64,000 bases of DNA, from assembly GCA_038087875.1 (NCBI GenBank), contig CM075979.1, forward strand, positions 86,614,001 to 86,678,000. The letters run 5' to 3'. Made by a program: the position numbers and the translations under genes. This stretch comes from Malacoraja senta. Its lineage: Eukaryota. The first letter of the stretch is position 1. Every line of letters begins with the position of its first letter. The notes under the pieces are model-generated. The model made no database searches and had not been told where the DNA came from. It was given only the letters and a program-made list of their open reading frames with translations. Of this stretch, positions 32,581-46,372 are shown one piece after another.

Positions 32581-35500
32581 ATACTTTGCTACATATGCCA
32601 TCACAGCATATATTAAGCTGTATAGATGATTAAATTGCTGAGCATTCAAAGAGAAAATGTATAATAATACAGTATAACAAGGGCCGTGCTCCTTCAAAAA
32701 AGAAAGTAAAAACAGCAAAAAACACATAAAAGCAGTCAGTCTCATGCGGTTTATTTTGTCTTTTTACACATTATTAACCAGGTAACCCAAACATTATTTG
32801 ATGATTTATTACTGAACATACTTGCCATGGTAGTGTGTAATCATATCTTGAGTTGATCAGCACTTGGGTCGAAGGTTAAATGTCAAGGTCACAATAGCCG
32901 TCTTTGACTCGTTGAAGTTTGGTACCTTGTTGGTGCAATAACATGAGAGCAGTGTGATGGATTTGAAGCAAATAGAGTAAGAAAACAATCTGCATCTTGA
33001 ATTGATTAAGTTTGGGGATCAGGGGGCATAGGTCAATGGTTCAAGAGTAATTTTACTATTAAAAGATGGATTTTGCTTCTTAACGTTTAATGTCTTTCAG
33101 CGAAATGTAGTTATTTAATATATTTCAATTAACTCTACTCTATTTGGAATGTAATGTATTAGCTCTTTAATCTAGGATAGATTTGGAAGTTCCTTAACTT
33201 CCTGTTCAAGTCTTATTATATGATGTAATGGTGATTAAACAGCTATAGAAATTTATATTTTTCACTGTGTAACAGGGAGCAGAATTGCTATGTTTCTGAT
33301 GATTGTGGCCTCAATACTTAAAGAGTAAGGTTATAAAAGACTAATATTGGTGAAACCTACAAGAGGTTATTGTTCTTCAGCTGAGAAAACATTTCTTCAA
33401 GTTTGATGAAACATTGGATAATTCGAACAGAAGAGTTGAAGATGTCATTGAAAGACTCCATCTCACAATGGGTTAAATTTCTGGGAGTCCTGGATTCCAA
33501 TTCCAGTCTGATGGGATTAAAGCCCTCTCCAGTATTTTTAAATGTGGGGAGCGAAATTAGTTTTGGCAGCCTCAACTTAGATTTAGAGAGATGCATTTAT
33601 ACCAGGCCACTCCATAAGTCAGCAAAAAATGACATAATTGGCTACTTCATTGAGGGAAGTAGCATGAATGGCTGTGAACATTAGAAATGCCACAGGACTG
33701 ATCATTCTTATGAGCCTGAATATATAGCAAGTCATGAAGGTGAGTAAGAATTTTCCTCTTAATATTCCACCTAACTGACACTGAGCGAGAATGCTACTGT
33801 ATCTCACACTTTAAAATCTTAGACGTTGGGCCCAATTGAACTGGCTGTGATTTATGATTCCGAAGGCATTGAGCCTCGTGCAGGAGAGTACGGTCTCACT
33901 ATTGCTCTGAGATGAGCTGAGTTACAGATACTTGAATGTGATGGGTGTTGGAATCTGATTAATGACAATAATACTGCATCCTGATTCTTCCCTTGTGAAG
34001 GCTAAACAGTCCTTCACTGAAATTTTGACTGCTTATTGATCATGCAGAGCAGAAACACTGAATATCAACTAAATTTCTTTGTGGCTCTGTTTTCAAGTTG
34101 TGCTTTAACAGAAATGGGGTAGAAATGGGTCAAAGGCAAGTTTTTGAACCGCTGGAGTATCTGCTGTGATCACGGGCGGATATTCTGTTATTTTGGAGCC
34201 ACAACTCGCTCCTATCCTTCCTTCCTTCACGTTTTTTTTGCTTCACAACACTGTCTTTCTCATTGTCACCTTTATGATTTTGACATTCATAAAATATAAA
34301 ACAAAAGTTACAACAGATGCTCAGTGGATACACTGTTATATTTTTCTCACTTACTCACGTTGACACACTGCCCCTTAAAAAATGCCAGATCCCAATTAAT
34401 CTCAAGGGATGATTATTTGAAGTACAGGAAGTTCCTGCATCGAGCTCCATTTCCTGCTCTGGATTTCCTCAATTCTGTGTGTTTTTGTGGGGGTCCAAGC
34501 TGCTTTTCAATATGGACCCCAATAGGAGATCCCATAATCGACTTTATGGAGGTCATTACACCAGGCCCCAGCGGCTGTACGCTCAGCAGCAAAATGAATT
34601 TTCCTCAATCAACATTGTTTCTCCAGTTATTCAAACTTATTTGAACAGCTGCTGAGAAGAAAACTGAATAAACTCGCAACAATACCGCTGTGTGAAATGA
34701 TATGACGTCCAGAGCACTTGCTGAGACCGCGTGGTCGAACCTCAGATCACCAGCAGTGCTAAGCAAGGTAATTACATCTCTAAGATTGACTCTTGGTAGA
34801 AAATTAAGTGGTAAATTTTTAATGTTAAGGCGGACAGTAAAATGTTCAAAAGTAACTCAATAAAATGTAATCATTGTTCGGAAGAATCTAACTTTTCAAA
34901 TTTCAGATTTGCCGAAAACCTTACTTTAGATGTTGTGAATTTTGGTTGCTGAAGGAAATGCAGGAGGAAAAAGAATCTTCAGAAAGCCTTTTGAGTAAAC
35001 CATGGTATCTAGTGATCAAATTGTATCTTTTTAAAGAGGAATTTTATACAATTGACATAGCCAAAATCTATAGTGCTACTTGGCCTGTAATTTGACTAGC
35101 TGACTACCAAATTGTCGCAGAAATAGCAGCAGGAAGAAAACTGGTGCCACCCAAAAGTGCACAAGACACAAGTTATTTTATATAATAAATATTGTAAAAT
35201 TAAGTTTTGCATTTAGATATTTAACACAAGTTTAGATTCCAATGTTAATTGTTAGACTAAATTGCTTCTATTTCACTGGTTATAACCATAGTCTTGATGC
35301 AAAACATATTATTGATCAAATATTTACATTCTGCAACTAAAGATTAAGAGATGAGATGAGGTGGCTGGCTACCAACGTATTGAGTATATGTTTTCTCTTG
35401 AGGGGAATTTCACAACAGACACTGCACGGGAAATGTAGAAGTTGAGTCAATGAATATTTCAGCTCTGTGGAGAATAGGTAGAAAAGTTGTATTGAGAGCA

Positions 35501-36671
35501 GGATCATGGCCTCTGAGTGGCTTAGGCTCAAGGGCCAGATGGCATTCTCCTGCTCTGAATTCTTACATTGTTATGTTCATGATTTAGTGGACTAGTCCAG
35601 AGATTCTTCATGTCTTCCATTTTGGGAATGAAACCCAAAGGCCCTTTGTGTGAAGAGGGATTAGTGTCAATAAAAGTCACAGCTCATGATGGCAGACATT
35701 AGCGTTAAACATATTGGAGGATGGCTACAGTATTTGGATTGGGTAGGAAAAGTCTAAAGATGGAAATTTGTTTTTATATATTGTCAATGTTAAAATATAA
35801 ATAGAACAGAGAAATGTGAAAATATTTGAGTGATTATGTATGGCCATTTGAATGCACCTGATTAGATGGTTGACTTAGATATTGGAGGAATAGATGTGCT
35901 GTTTGTGAGAGCATCTTGTAAGCGAGAGGGATGGTTGGGGGAACACTGAGGTGAGGTTACAACTTAAGGCTATGCCGAGAGAGTATAGTGTCAGAAACAA
36001 AACATGGATGAATACATTTAAAGGAACATTTTAATGCCTTCCATTTCATTGAATACAGCGAGTAGCTCACAGACAAGGAGGAAATACCAGAGATGCTAAA
36101 AAGGAAAAACAAAAACAGGAAACTATCTTAAATTTTCAAACTTAAAATCGAGACTGGAAGGCTGTAATGTGCTTAGTCAGAAGGCCATTAGGAACACTGG
36201 GGCAATGGGAGTTGAGAAATCCAAAAGATTAGAGCCACTAGCTCAGGGTTAGGATTGGAACTGAAGGTTCTGGAATATGTGAGAGAGAATTGATGTAATG
36301 TGAGTGGGAGACTGAAAGAGTGTCTTGTTGCAGTTTCAGTCCAATGCTGGTGCAACATGATTTTCCTCGCAGTGCCTAAAGATTACGACTTGTTTTTTGC
36401 AAGGGAATTAGAAAGAAGCAGTTATGATGGTGGACGATTGAAATGCCAGGCCACACAGGTTCAAAATGTTGGGAAAAAGTTACAAGGGATATATGAAGTA
36501 AAAAAACATTATTCTTTAGTCAGAGGTTAGAGTCCCAAACTCACCATCTGTGGGATGGTGCAATTATCATCATTCCAAAAGGCATTGGGCAAGCACTTGG
36601 GATGGAATAATTTACAGAGCCATGGGAAAGAGCTGGGGGAATTCGAACTGTGCTCGGAGCCAGTATGACCA

Positions 36672-36768
36672 AAGATAGACACAAAATGCTGGGGTAACTC
36701 AGCAGGACAGGCAGCATCTCTGGAGAGAAGGGATGGGTGATGTTTCGGGTTGAGACCCTTCTTCAGAC
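36672..36768 (-). mobile_element. PLE-derived short element with hammerhead core (36739-36766)
   Basis: Minus strand ctgaagaagggtctcaacccgaaacatc plus family body. Confidence 0.85.
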
Positions 36769-36960
36769 AAGGTATAAGACCGATGGGTTTAGTCGTCTCC
36801 TGCCTGAGCTGTGACAATTCTATCACCATACAATACTATCCAAGATAAAGCAGTGCTCTTGGTTGGCTTCCATACTTTAATCATTTGTTTACTCTACTAC
36901 TAGCACACTGGAACCTTGCACTACCTGGAAAAAGTGCACCAAATACTTGCTTATGTAGCA

Positions 36961-37350
36961 ATCCCATCCATGCACGTAGACTCCTAGTGCAGTGATCCCA
37001 TCAGTGCACGTGGACCCCGAATGCAGTGATCCCATCCGTGCACATGGACCCCTAGTGCTGCGATCCCATCATTGCACGTGGACCCCTAGTGCAGTGATCC
37101 CATCAGTGTGCATGGACACTTAGTGCAGCGATCCCATCCGTGCACATGGATCCCTAGTGCTGCGATCACATCATTGCATGTGGACCCCTAGTGCTGCGAT
37201 CCCATCCGTGCACATGGACCCCTAGTGCAGCGATCCCATCAGTGCACGTGGACCCCTAGTGCAGCGATCCCATCAGTGCACGTGGACCCCTAGTACAGTG
37301 ATCCCATTCGTTCACATGGACACCTAGTGCGGCGATCCCATCCGTGCACA
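36961..37350. repeat. 34-bp minisatellite, ~11.5 copies
   Basis: Unit atcccatc(a/c)gtgcac(g/a)tggacccctagtgcagcg recurring at 36961, 36995, 37029 ... 37335. Confidence 0.95.
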
Positions 37351-38329
37351 AGGAAGACTTCCATCAAGATCGGATTTTTAATTTGGAACAACAGGTTTTA
37401 TACGACACAATTAATTGCATTACCATATCCTCCTTCCATGCCAGATTTGAATGAATGTCCTCGGATAATTTCTGAACATACTATAGGTGTCGCAACACAT
37501 ACGGCCATTGTTGGGATCTCTGCTGGCAGTGCACTGCAATGTTAAATATGTGAAAATAAGAAAATGCATTAAATAGTATGAATCATACATTCTAAAGTGA
37601 TAAATGCACAATGTTATTTTTTTGCTTTAGGGATGTTGGTAATATTTTTTCAAAGGAACATTATATTTATAGTAATTTAATAGCTCATTTAAATTGTTTT
37701 ATGCAAACGTCCAGTTGGTCCTGGCAGTTCATTATCATTTTACCTACAGAATTTGGGTTATTTGATTATGCATGCGCTGTAATTAAAACCAGATACCGAC
37801 GAATATAGTTTGTATCTGCTTTGGGTTAACCACAAGAAGAGGACTGGTTATAAAGTAATAAGTTTCAAAACTATAGGTTACGTTTTTCCTGAAAGTAAGC
37901 CCCTTTCAACAAATGTCCGGTGACTTAAAAAAATATTGTTTGTGCAGGGAGTCACCCTTTGAAAAGTCAGACTGGTATCAAGAATCTTCATTAAACTATC
38001 ATTACTGCTGCAGCAACTTTCAACACTTTTATGTGCACAAAAAGTTAGAATTGTTGAAGTTGCCACAATAGCCACTTTAATGCCACTTTTAGAGGCATGC
38101 ATGATTTTTATTCTATTAGCGCAGGAATTTCTAAAGAAAATTTGAACCAGCTTTATGTTGACTTCAGGGGGATGCCAAACTGTTGCAGGTTCTACAACAC
38201 CAATCTTTCTGACTTCTTCCAATGCTGAGCTTTCAAGTATAAGCGGTGATTCTGTCAAAAACTGCAAGAGCTACCTTTTTTGAAAAATGGTGGGGTCAGT
38301 GTAAGGACACTCATACCTTTTTCATCTGC

Positions 38330-38598
38330 GGTCTGTGACCAGCCATCTGCCTATCAAAAAATTCCCTCACCTCTATCACTCATCTATCACTTGTCTGGTT
38401 TTGTCCTCTCTTCTAGTTCCACTGCCCCCCCCCCCCCCACCTTCACCACCAGCACCACCATCACAATCAGTCTGAGGAAGGGTCCTAAACCGAAATGTCA
38501 CCTATCCATGTTCTCCAGAGATCCCACCTGACCCGCTGAGTTACTTCAGCACTTTGTGCCTTTTATTGTAAACCAGCAACTGCAGTTGCTTGTATCCC
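38330..38598 (+). mobile_element. PLE-derived element with hammerhead-like core (ctgagga..gaaatgtc, 38472-38499)
   Basis: ctgcctatcaaa..acaatcagtctgaggaagggtcctaaaccgaaatgtcacc..ctgcagttgcttgt. Confidence 0.7.
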
Positions 38599-38955
38599 AC
38601 TCTTTCAGAGGGCTGTGCTGTTTCACCAAAATTAGCTGCCAATTGTAATGTTTAGGAAATTGCAATTCTAGATCCTTCAATGTGAATTCATTGCTGCATG
38701 GTTCAGCGAATGACTTGCAATATTTGGTCATTATTTGGAAGGAACACAATGTTATCCTTTTGACTTTAGAGATGTTGGTGATGCCTTTTCAAATAACAAC
38801 AATTTAAATGATCATAGCCAAGCATGAAAGTTTGCTTTATGCTTCAAAAATAAAGATGGTAAATTACAAAGATTAGAAAGAGATATGGATTGTAAAATAT
38901 GTTCTTCTTAAAGAACCACTGCTAGAAGGATAGAGTATTTACAAGAAGTAGTTTA

Positions 38956-39265
38956 GGACGGCACAGTGACGCAACGGTCGAGTTGCAGCCTTCCAGTGCC
39001 AGAGACCCGGGTTCGATCCTGACTCGGGGGGGCTGTCTGTACCAAGTTTGTACGTACTGTGACCGCGTGAGTTTTCCTGGATGCTCTGGTTTCCTCCTAC
39101 ACTCTAATAACGTACAGGTTTGTTGGTTAATTTGGCTTTGGTAAAAAAAGTTAATTGTCCCTAGTGTGTAGGATAGTGCCAGTGTACCAAGATAGTTGGT
39201 TGGTGTGGACTCGGTGGGCCAAAAGGCCTGTCTCTGCGCTGTATCTCTAAACTAAACTAAACTAA
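38956..39265 (+). mobile_element. tRNA-derived V-SINE (HE1-like)
   Basis: B-box ggttcgatcc, V-domain, (CTAAA)n tail; homologous to 28294-28600. Confidence 0.85.
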
Positions 39266-39551
39266 GTTGTTGATGAGAGGCAACTGAAGAAAAAATAAGA
39301 GCTTACAGTGCCTTCCATAATGTTTGGAACAAAGACCCATCATTTATTTATTTGCCTCTGTACTCCACAATTTGAGATTTGTAATAGAAAAAATCACATA
39401 TGTTTAAAATGCAAATTGTCAGATTTTAATAAAGGCCATTTTTATACATTTTGGTTTCACCATGTAGAAATGACAGCAGTGTTTATATATGGTCCCCCCA
39501 TTTCAGGGCACCATAATGTTTGGGACACAGCAATGTCATGAAAATGAAAAT

Positions 39552-41154
39552 AGCTTTGAAAAACTTATTTGTTGGTTTAGCAGTATGTTTGGGATCATTG
39601 TCTTGCTGCAGATTGAACCACTGGAGTTTTGAGGTATTTGTTTGAACTTGAGCAGATAGGATGTGTCTATACACTTCAGAATTCATTATGCTACTTCCAT
39701 CACCAGTTGTATCATCAATGAAGATAAGTGAGCCAGTACCTTCAGCAGCCATACATGCCCAGGCCAAAACACCACCACCATCGTGTTTCACATTGCAGGT
39801 GGTAGGCTTTGGATCTTGGGCAGTACCTTCTCTCCTCCATACTTTGCTATTACCATCACTCTGATATAAATTAATCTTCGTCTCATCTGTCCACAAGACC
39901 TTTTTCCATAACTGTGGTTGCTCTTTTAAGTACTTCTTGCCAAACTGTAACCTGGCCATCCTATTTTTGCAGCTAACCAGTGGTTTGCATCTTGCATTGT
40001 AGCCTCTGTATTTCAGTTCATGAAGTCTTCTGCAGACAGTGGTCATTGACAAATCCACACCTGACTCCTGAATGTTTCAGATCTGTCAGACAGGTGTTTG
40101 GGGATTTCTCTTTATTATAGAGAGAATTCTTCTGTCATCAGCTGTGGAGGTCTTCCTTGGCCTGACAGTCCCTTTGCGATTAGTAAGTTCACCAGAGCTC
40201 TCTTTCTTCTTAATGATGTTCCAAACAGTTGATTTCGGTCAGCCAAGTTCAAATTCAAGTTCAAATTTATTTGTCACATGCAACATAAGGTGCAGTGGAA
40301 TGTAATTTACCATTCAGCGTTACAATTAAAAAAGGACACAATACATAACATAATTCAACATAGACATCCACTACAGCATCCTTCACTGTGGTGGAAGGCA
40401 ATATAGTTCAGACAGTCCTCCTCCTCCTCCCTTGTTCACCCGTGGTCGGGGCCCTGACCCTCTGTAGTCGCCGACCCGATGTTCAAGTCCTCTGGTTGGG
40501 ATGGTCAATGTCGGGACAGGTCGAGCACACACCACGGCCCGGAGCTCCCAATCGGCCACCTCCGTACCGGAGACAACGGCTTCCAGATGTCGTAGGCCGG
40601 CGACCCCCGGCGAGGGATCGCCTGCTCCACGATGGTAAAGTAAAGTCCACTCCACGCCTGCCACCAAAAGCTCCACAGACCGAGGCTCAAAGATGTTGTA
40701 GGCCACAGGCCAGCGGTCGGAGCGCTTCTCTGGCGACCCCCGGTAAGGGGGTCCGCGATGTTAAAAGTCCCCACTGCGCCACCGTTGAAGCTCTGGTCCG
40801 ACTCCGGGAAAGGCCGCACCAATCCAGCTATAAGGCCGCGAGGAGGGGGGCGAAGAAGCGACAAGGAAGAAAGTCGCATCTCCATCGAGGTAGGTGCCTG
40901 AAAACGGTTTCCCCCTATTCCCTCCCACCAGCCCTCACAGAAGACATACAGAGAAACACTAAAACATACTTTTGGACAAACTAAAAAAAACAAAAAAAGT
41001 CAAAACAACGAACCCGCTGCAGGAGAGGCAGCCGACTTGCAGCGCCACCGGAACTTGTGTTTAAGGTCTGGCTGGTGTCTCTAACAGTTTTATTCTTGTT
41101 TCTCAGTCTCATAATGGCAGCTTTGACTTTTAATGGCACAACTTTGGTCCTCAT
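39552..41154 (-). pseudogene. Tc1 transposase pseudogene (family 2)
   Basis: MRTKVVPLKVK..SQTL at 41154-41062 resumes at 40244 (..PKSTVWNII..LWTDETKINLY..QQDNDPKH); C-terminus including the catalytic E is deleted; internal stops. Confidence 0.9.
40245..41061 (-). mobile_element. ~817-bp GC-rich non-coding retroelement inserted in the Tc1 ORF
   Basis: Minus strand begins ..agttccggtggcgctg and ends gtgacaaataaa(tttgaacttgaa)n; Tc1 reading frame rejoins across it; no TSD. Confidence 0.8.
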
Positions 41155-42935
41155 GTTGATAAACAGCAATAAAAGTTTCCAAAGGTGATGGAAAGACTGG
41201 AGGAAAGACTAGGATCTGAGAGCTGTCTTATACCTGCATTAAACACACCTGAGCAATTACAAACACCTGTGAAGCCAAGTGTCCCAAACATTATGGTGCC
41301 CTGAAATGGAGGGACTATGTATAAACACAGCTGTAATTTCTACATGGTGAAACCAAAATGTATAAAAATAGCCTTTATTAAAATCTGTCAATGTGCACTT
41401 TAACCACATATGATTTTTTTTCTATTACAAACCTCAAATTGTGGAGTACAGAGGCAAATAAATAAATGATGGGTCTTTGTCCCAAACATTATGGAGGGCA
41501 CTGTACATGGAGCAATTATTTGTATTTTTATTAATATAATGAAGATTTATTGGGCAAAGGTGTACAGCTGCTCTGAGCTGCTGTTGTAACATTTTGTATA
41601 AGGAGCTTGCCGGAAAAAAAAATGTTATGAAAGACATTAATGAGTGCCATTGTATTAAAATAAATGCGCAAAGCTGAATGTTCCCTAACACTAACCCTTT
41701 TCCCATCCCTTTTAAATGACAAAGTTTAGCAGCAAAGCTGAATGTAGACATTGTATAAAATAGTAATTAGTCAACAGTAATGAATAGCCTTGTTTATAGA
41801 GGAATGTCAACCAATTTGAGATGAAAGAGGAATGTCAGACAAGCTTGAACCCTTTACATTCCCCAAGAGGACTCATTTTTAATAGAATCTTGCTTGCCAA
41901 GAGTTTGTTGAATTTTCATGGAGCATAGGTTTCGTGGAGCCAGGCAATGTTGAGGTGATGCTTCGCTTTGGGTGAGTGCCTATTCACTAATGTGCTACTG
42001 GTTGGTGTAGACTTGGTACATTTGACTTTTGTTCCTGCTACTCGTTTTATTATTTTGTTCTCATTAAGGTGAGGTCCATGAAAGTTCAAAAATAGGATAC
42101 ATTAGCATTTCTGGCACTGCGCCTTTATCCTACTTCTCCAGGTTGGATCGAAAATCATGAAATGCTCAGTAAAGATTCCACTCTGCTGCTCCAGCAAGGT
42201 TTGTGGGAGATCTGCATGAACAATGGGTCAATTAGGTTACCACCAGGACATCTAAATCGAGGTTTGCCCCTCACTCATTAAATGAACGAATATTGGCAAC
42301 AGTTGAGCCAGACTGCTTGATTCAGCATCCCATGTAAAATCGAACAGGGTTTGTATCTCCAATACCTTATTAGAATTGTAAAATGGGAATATGAAATGAG
42401 AAATAAAAATTGCTTTGTTTTGTACTCATTGCGGACGATTAATTTTTTTACCCCTATTTTTTAATGATGAATTGGAGTGAAACTGGCACAATCATTATAG
42501 CTAAGCAATGCCTTCAGGATTAGTTTGCCATGACATGGCGGGTCTCCTGATCATGGCTGCCATTTACTCTGTGTTTTGAGAAATAGCTTGTGGAAGCCTG
42601 GCATGAGCTTGAAATCATTCAAAGCGAACTTCTCAAGTAATCTTGGTCTTCTCCTTAAAACTTGCAAAAAATAAAATGTAATTATTATCAATGAGCACTT
42701 GCTGGTCAGCCCAGGCTCAGTAGGTCAAAGGCCCTGTTTCTGTGCTACAAGATTCTATGACCCTGGGTTCTTAAATGGTTTATTACTATTTGCTTACTAT
42801 TTGAAGTGTACATTGAGAGAGGCTGCCATTGATCTCGACTGTATGGATGTTTATTTTTTGTTAATCTAATTTTTGATTTTATTATTGAGCAGAAAAATCA
42901 ATAAAGTGTATTCACATATCTGTAAATCAATAAAT

Positions 42936-43020
42936 AAGATAGACAATACGCTGGAGTAACTCAGCGGGATAGGCAGCATCTCTGGAGAGAAGGAACGGGT
43001 GATGTTTCGGGTCGAGACCC
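42936..43020 (-). mobile_element. PLE-derived short element
   Basis: aagatagacaatacgctggagtaactcagcgggatagg..tttcgggtcgagaccc. Confidence 0.8.
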
Positions 43021-44759
43021 ATCTGGTTGGGCTTAACTCTTCAAAATTAGCAGCTAATTGAGAATATGTTTATACATTTCATTGAGGATTTATTTGACCT
43101 AAATCTTACTTTTTCCCCAAAAAAGCTGACGTTTAAGCTTATTTTTGTCATGTGTACTGAAATACAGTGAAAAGTATTGGTTTTGCAAGCTATTCAAATA
43201 AATCAGATAATATTATACATTAATACAAACAAGCCAAGAAGGTTATAAGGTGGAGACAATCTTTTTTTTACTGTAACCAAAGGAAAACATGGTCGATTTA
43301 ATGTTAGATCTGGCAAATCCTATTAGAATGAAGAGAACTACTTGTGGTTCTAAATCAATGAACTGAGAGCAACTTTTCCCAGGACCTATCTTAACCTTAA
43401 AAGGCTTATGCTTTTGTATGAAAAATAACTTATTGTTGGTAGAAATGTTGGTAGAAATTTGGAAAGTTTGTAATGTAAAGATGGTTGGTAATGGATAAAA
43501 TTGGGTGTTATTTAAAAGTACTTGAGAGGAAGGAAATCTAGTAAATCTTTACTGTGGAGTTATTTTTTTAAATAAATTTAACACCAAATAAAATGATAAT
43601 GCCTGTTTTTCCCTCAGTTTTCTCTTAAACTCAGAATGCAAATACAGTGATGAGTATTTAAATGCTTTGAATGTTTAAAAGTGGCGCCTCGTGGTTATTG
43701 ACCATAACATTGAAGTAATGATATAATGGTAGGTTTTTATCCAAAATAGTCCTGTTTATTTTCAGCGAATTCATCAAAGAACGGTGATACTATGTGGAGG
43801 CGAGAGTTCTTTGTCAAATTGATCTGACATTGCAGGCAAGCAGTGAATGTTTTGTGCCTGACTCCCATGACCAACATTTAGCTGGAAAGAGTTGCTGGTT
43901 ATCTTTAGTCATTAAAATTTGAATGGTGGTACGACAGGCCTTTAAAGTAAATCCAAACTTTACAAGATTTTTTTTTTCAACTGCGTTTTAGCTTGGCTTT
44001 TTATGTAACAGCCAGACAACATATTTATAAAAGGATTTCTTCCACATTAGGAACATTTCCAGTAGATGTCCGGCAAAAATTTCTTCTAACTGTAATTATC
44101 AAATATTACAACTTGATTATTGTCAAATTAATCATTTGTGCCAGCACAATATTAGAATCACGGAAGCAGGGATAAACAAAAATGAATGCCAAGTTAAAGT
44201 AAACATAAGTATTCTTAAAATCATGAAGTTCAATTTAGGGTTTTCACTGTAGCATCCATCATTGACACACGAGATTGTGTCTTTTAGTTTACAATTTACT
44301 TATTTCTATAACAAATAGTGCATCACTCTCCACACAAATAAACTCACTATACCAAATGTCCATAATGTATTTCACCTGCCTCTTCGGGTTATGAAATTTT
44401 GCTTGACAAAAGATTTTCTGGGAACATTCCCTGTATAAGTCGAGGAATAATTAAGGGCAAAGGAATAGTAAGAAGGGTCTTCACAGAAGAAAGTTAGGTG
44501 TTTGCAGGAAGGGGGTATGGATGAGTTCAGAGGGGCACAGAATTCTGGAGGGCTGAGATAAAGTGGTGAGGGATTGTGATAGGAGTTATACTGTGTGAAA
44601 TTCATGACCCAAAAGTAATGAAGGCAAATGGTTCATCATGTCAATTCCAGTCAGAAAGCAATGCCTCATTTCACCTTTCAGCTTTAAATCCATACCACAA
44701 TGGCTCACAGCTCTTCAAATCCAGTACGGGACATTTAACATGCAATGACCGGGATGTGT

Positions 44760-45950
44760 AACAAGTTCTATCTCCACCACTCCCTCAGGCAGTGAGTTCC
44801 AATGTCCACAACCCTTCAGTTGCAAATTATTTTCCTGATTATCCATCCAATGCTTCTACCAATTGCTTTCAATCTATGTCTGATGGTTTTTGATCCCTTG
44901 ACAAAGTAAAATAAATACTGCCTATTCAGTCCATTTAGGCCCCACATAACTTTCTACATTTCAACTAAGATCCTTTAAATGCATCTAAAAGAACTGTATG
45001 CAAGTTTCAGTGTGTAGTAGTGTTCAGTTCTATTACAACTTCCCTGCTCCTGCACTCTGTACCATAAAGAACTGCTTAACCCCAATTCCATTCAAGAATC
45101 AGTGGACAAACACTTTGAGATCCTTAAATTCCTCCGCTATACTCGGTGTACTCCCTTTTATTCTAGATTCCTTTGTCTTGCTGCTTATGGATCATGGATT
45201 CGGACCCTTGATCAGAATGGATCATACCTCTCTGCATTAAATTCTGTGCAACTTGTCTGTCCAATTGACCAGTCCAGCTGTCTCCCCACACCAAAAGCAT
45301 TTCTCTTCATACTTGACCAGAATTGGCAAACTTAATTGTCTTATTCACTACATTTACATTTAAATTGTCAATATATATTACCAGAAATAGGGAATTAAGT
45401 ACTAAGCCCTGTGGAACCCACTGGTAAGCATCCATCAGAAATACCCTTTGCTTCCTGCTGACTTCACTCTCCTTGGGATCTATTGTGTTGTTATTTGTGT
45501 GATTACTTTGGGAGCAGCCTGGTATGTGGATCCATGTCAAAAGCCCTGTTAAGATCCACGATGACCATGTCAAATGGTTGCTGATCTTATTGTTTCTTCT
45601 TATTACTGTCTCCATTTAGGTTAATTGAATATGACCTTTCCTTAGCAAATCCATGCTGACACTCCTTAGTGCCTTGTGCCTTACTATTTTGTAACTCGTG
45701 CCTTACCTCATGTTGTCCTTCAGAATTGTTTCCAATATCTTTAAACCAAAGTTAAGATAATTAATCTGTGATTGTTTAATTTTTCCCTTCCTTTTTTAAA
45801 ACAGTTAAATATTTGCAGTCCTCCAATCTCCTGTATGAATCCTCCACTCAATCTCTATCTCCAGTGTCATTGGAAAAGAAAACCCTCTACAATTTCCTCC
45901 CTTGACTGTTTGAACAGTTTGGGATGTTATTTCAGCGAGACCTCGAAATG
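44760..45950 (-). mobile_element. Old CR1 RT-region fragments
   Basis: ORF 45307-45615 contains VPQGLVLNSLFLVIYIDNL..KFA (decayed GVPQGSVLGPLLF..YINDL..KFADD); boundaries approximate. Confidence 0.7.
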
Positions 45951-46263
45951 TATCTTCTTAGATGTGGGAATGAGAAAGATAAAGTTTAATGAATTGGTGC
46001 ATTGGATGTCCAGAAACCCATTGGGGTTAGACACAACAAGGTGATGGACGATGTTATTTGTTGTAGTCACTACGGTTCAAGAGCAGCGGAAATCTATCTG
46101 AGGAAATGTCTGTCAATTTTATGGACTCCAGAAAGACGTCCCTCAAATTAAACCGTTACATAAAGTTTTTTTTAAATGACACAGCAAAATTTTGGTCTAT
46201 TTAAGACTTCAGAAGCTAAAATAGTAGAAAAAGCAGAGCGACACAGAACAAGAAAATGTTTCG

Positions 46264-46365
46264 AAGGTACACAGAAATGCTGGAGAAACTTAGCGGGTGC
46301 AGCAGCATCTATGGAGCGAAGGAAATAGGCAACGTTTTGGGCCGAAACCCTTCTTCAGACTGATC
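46264..46365 (-). mobile_element. PLE-derived short element, 7-bp TSD
   Basis: tgtttcg at 46257-46263 and 46366-46372; same subfamily as 21720-21813. Confidence 0.85.
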
Positions 46366-46372
46366 TGTTTCG

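Larger units (their letters stand above)
39306..41503 (-). mobile_element. Second-family Tc1-like transposon, degraded and interrupted
   Basis: ~225-bp TIRs CAGTGCC(T/C)TCCATAATGTTTGG with inner direct repeat; TA at 39304-39305 and 41504-41505. Confidence 0.92.

Noticed and set aside
36961-37350. CRISPR array
   Set aside because: Contiguous 34-bp tandem units with no unique spacers; eukaryotic context
40383-40993. 198/162/107-aa ORFs as host genes
   Set aside because: They lie in the GC-rich insert within a transposon, open on both strands, with no recognisable domain
40995-41050. Second HDV-like fold at the 5' end of the GC-rich insert (minus strand)
   Set aside because: A cgctgca/tgcagcg stem and aagtc/gactt pairing exist, but there is no catalytic C-N-R-A joiner and P3 is poor
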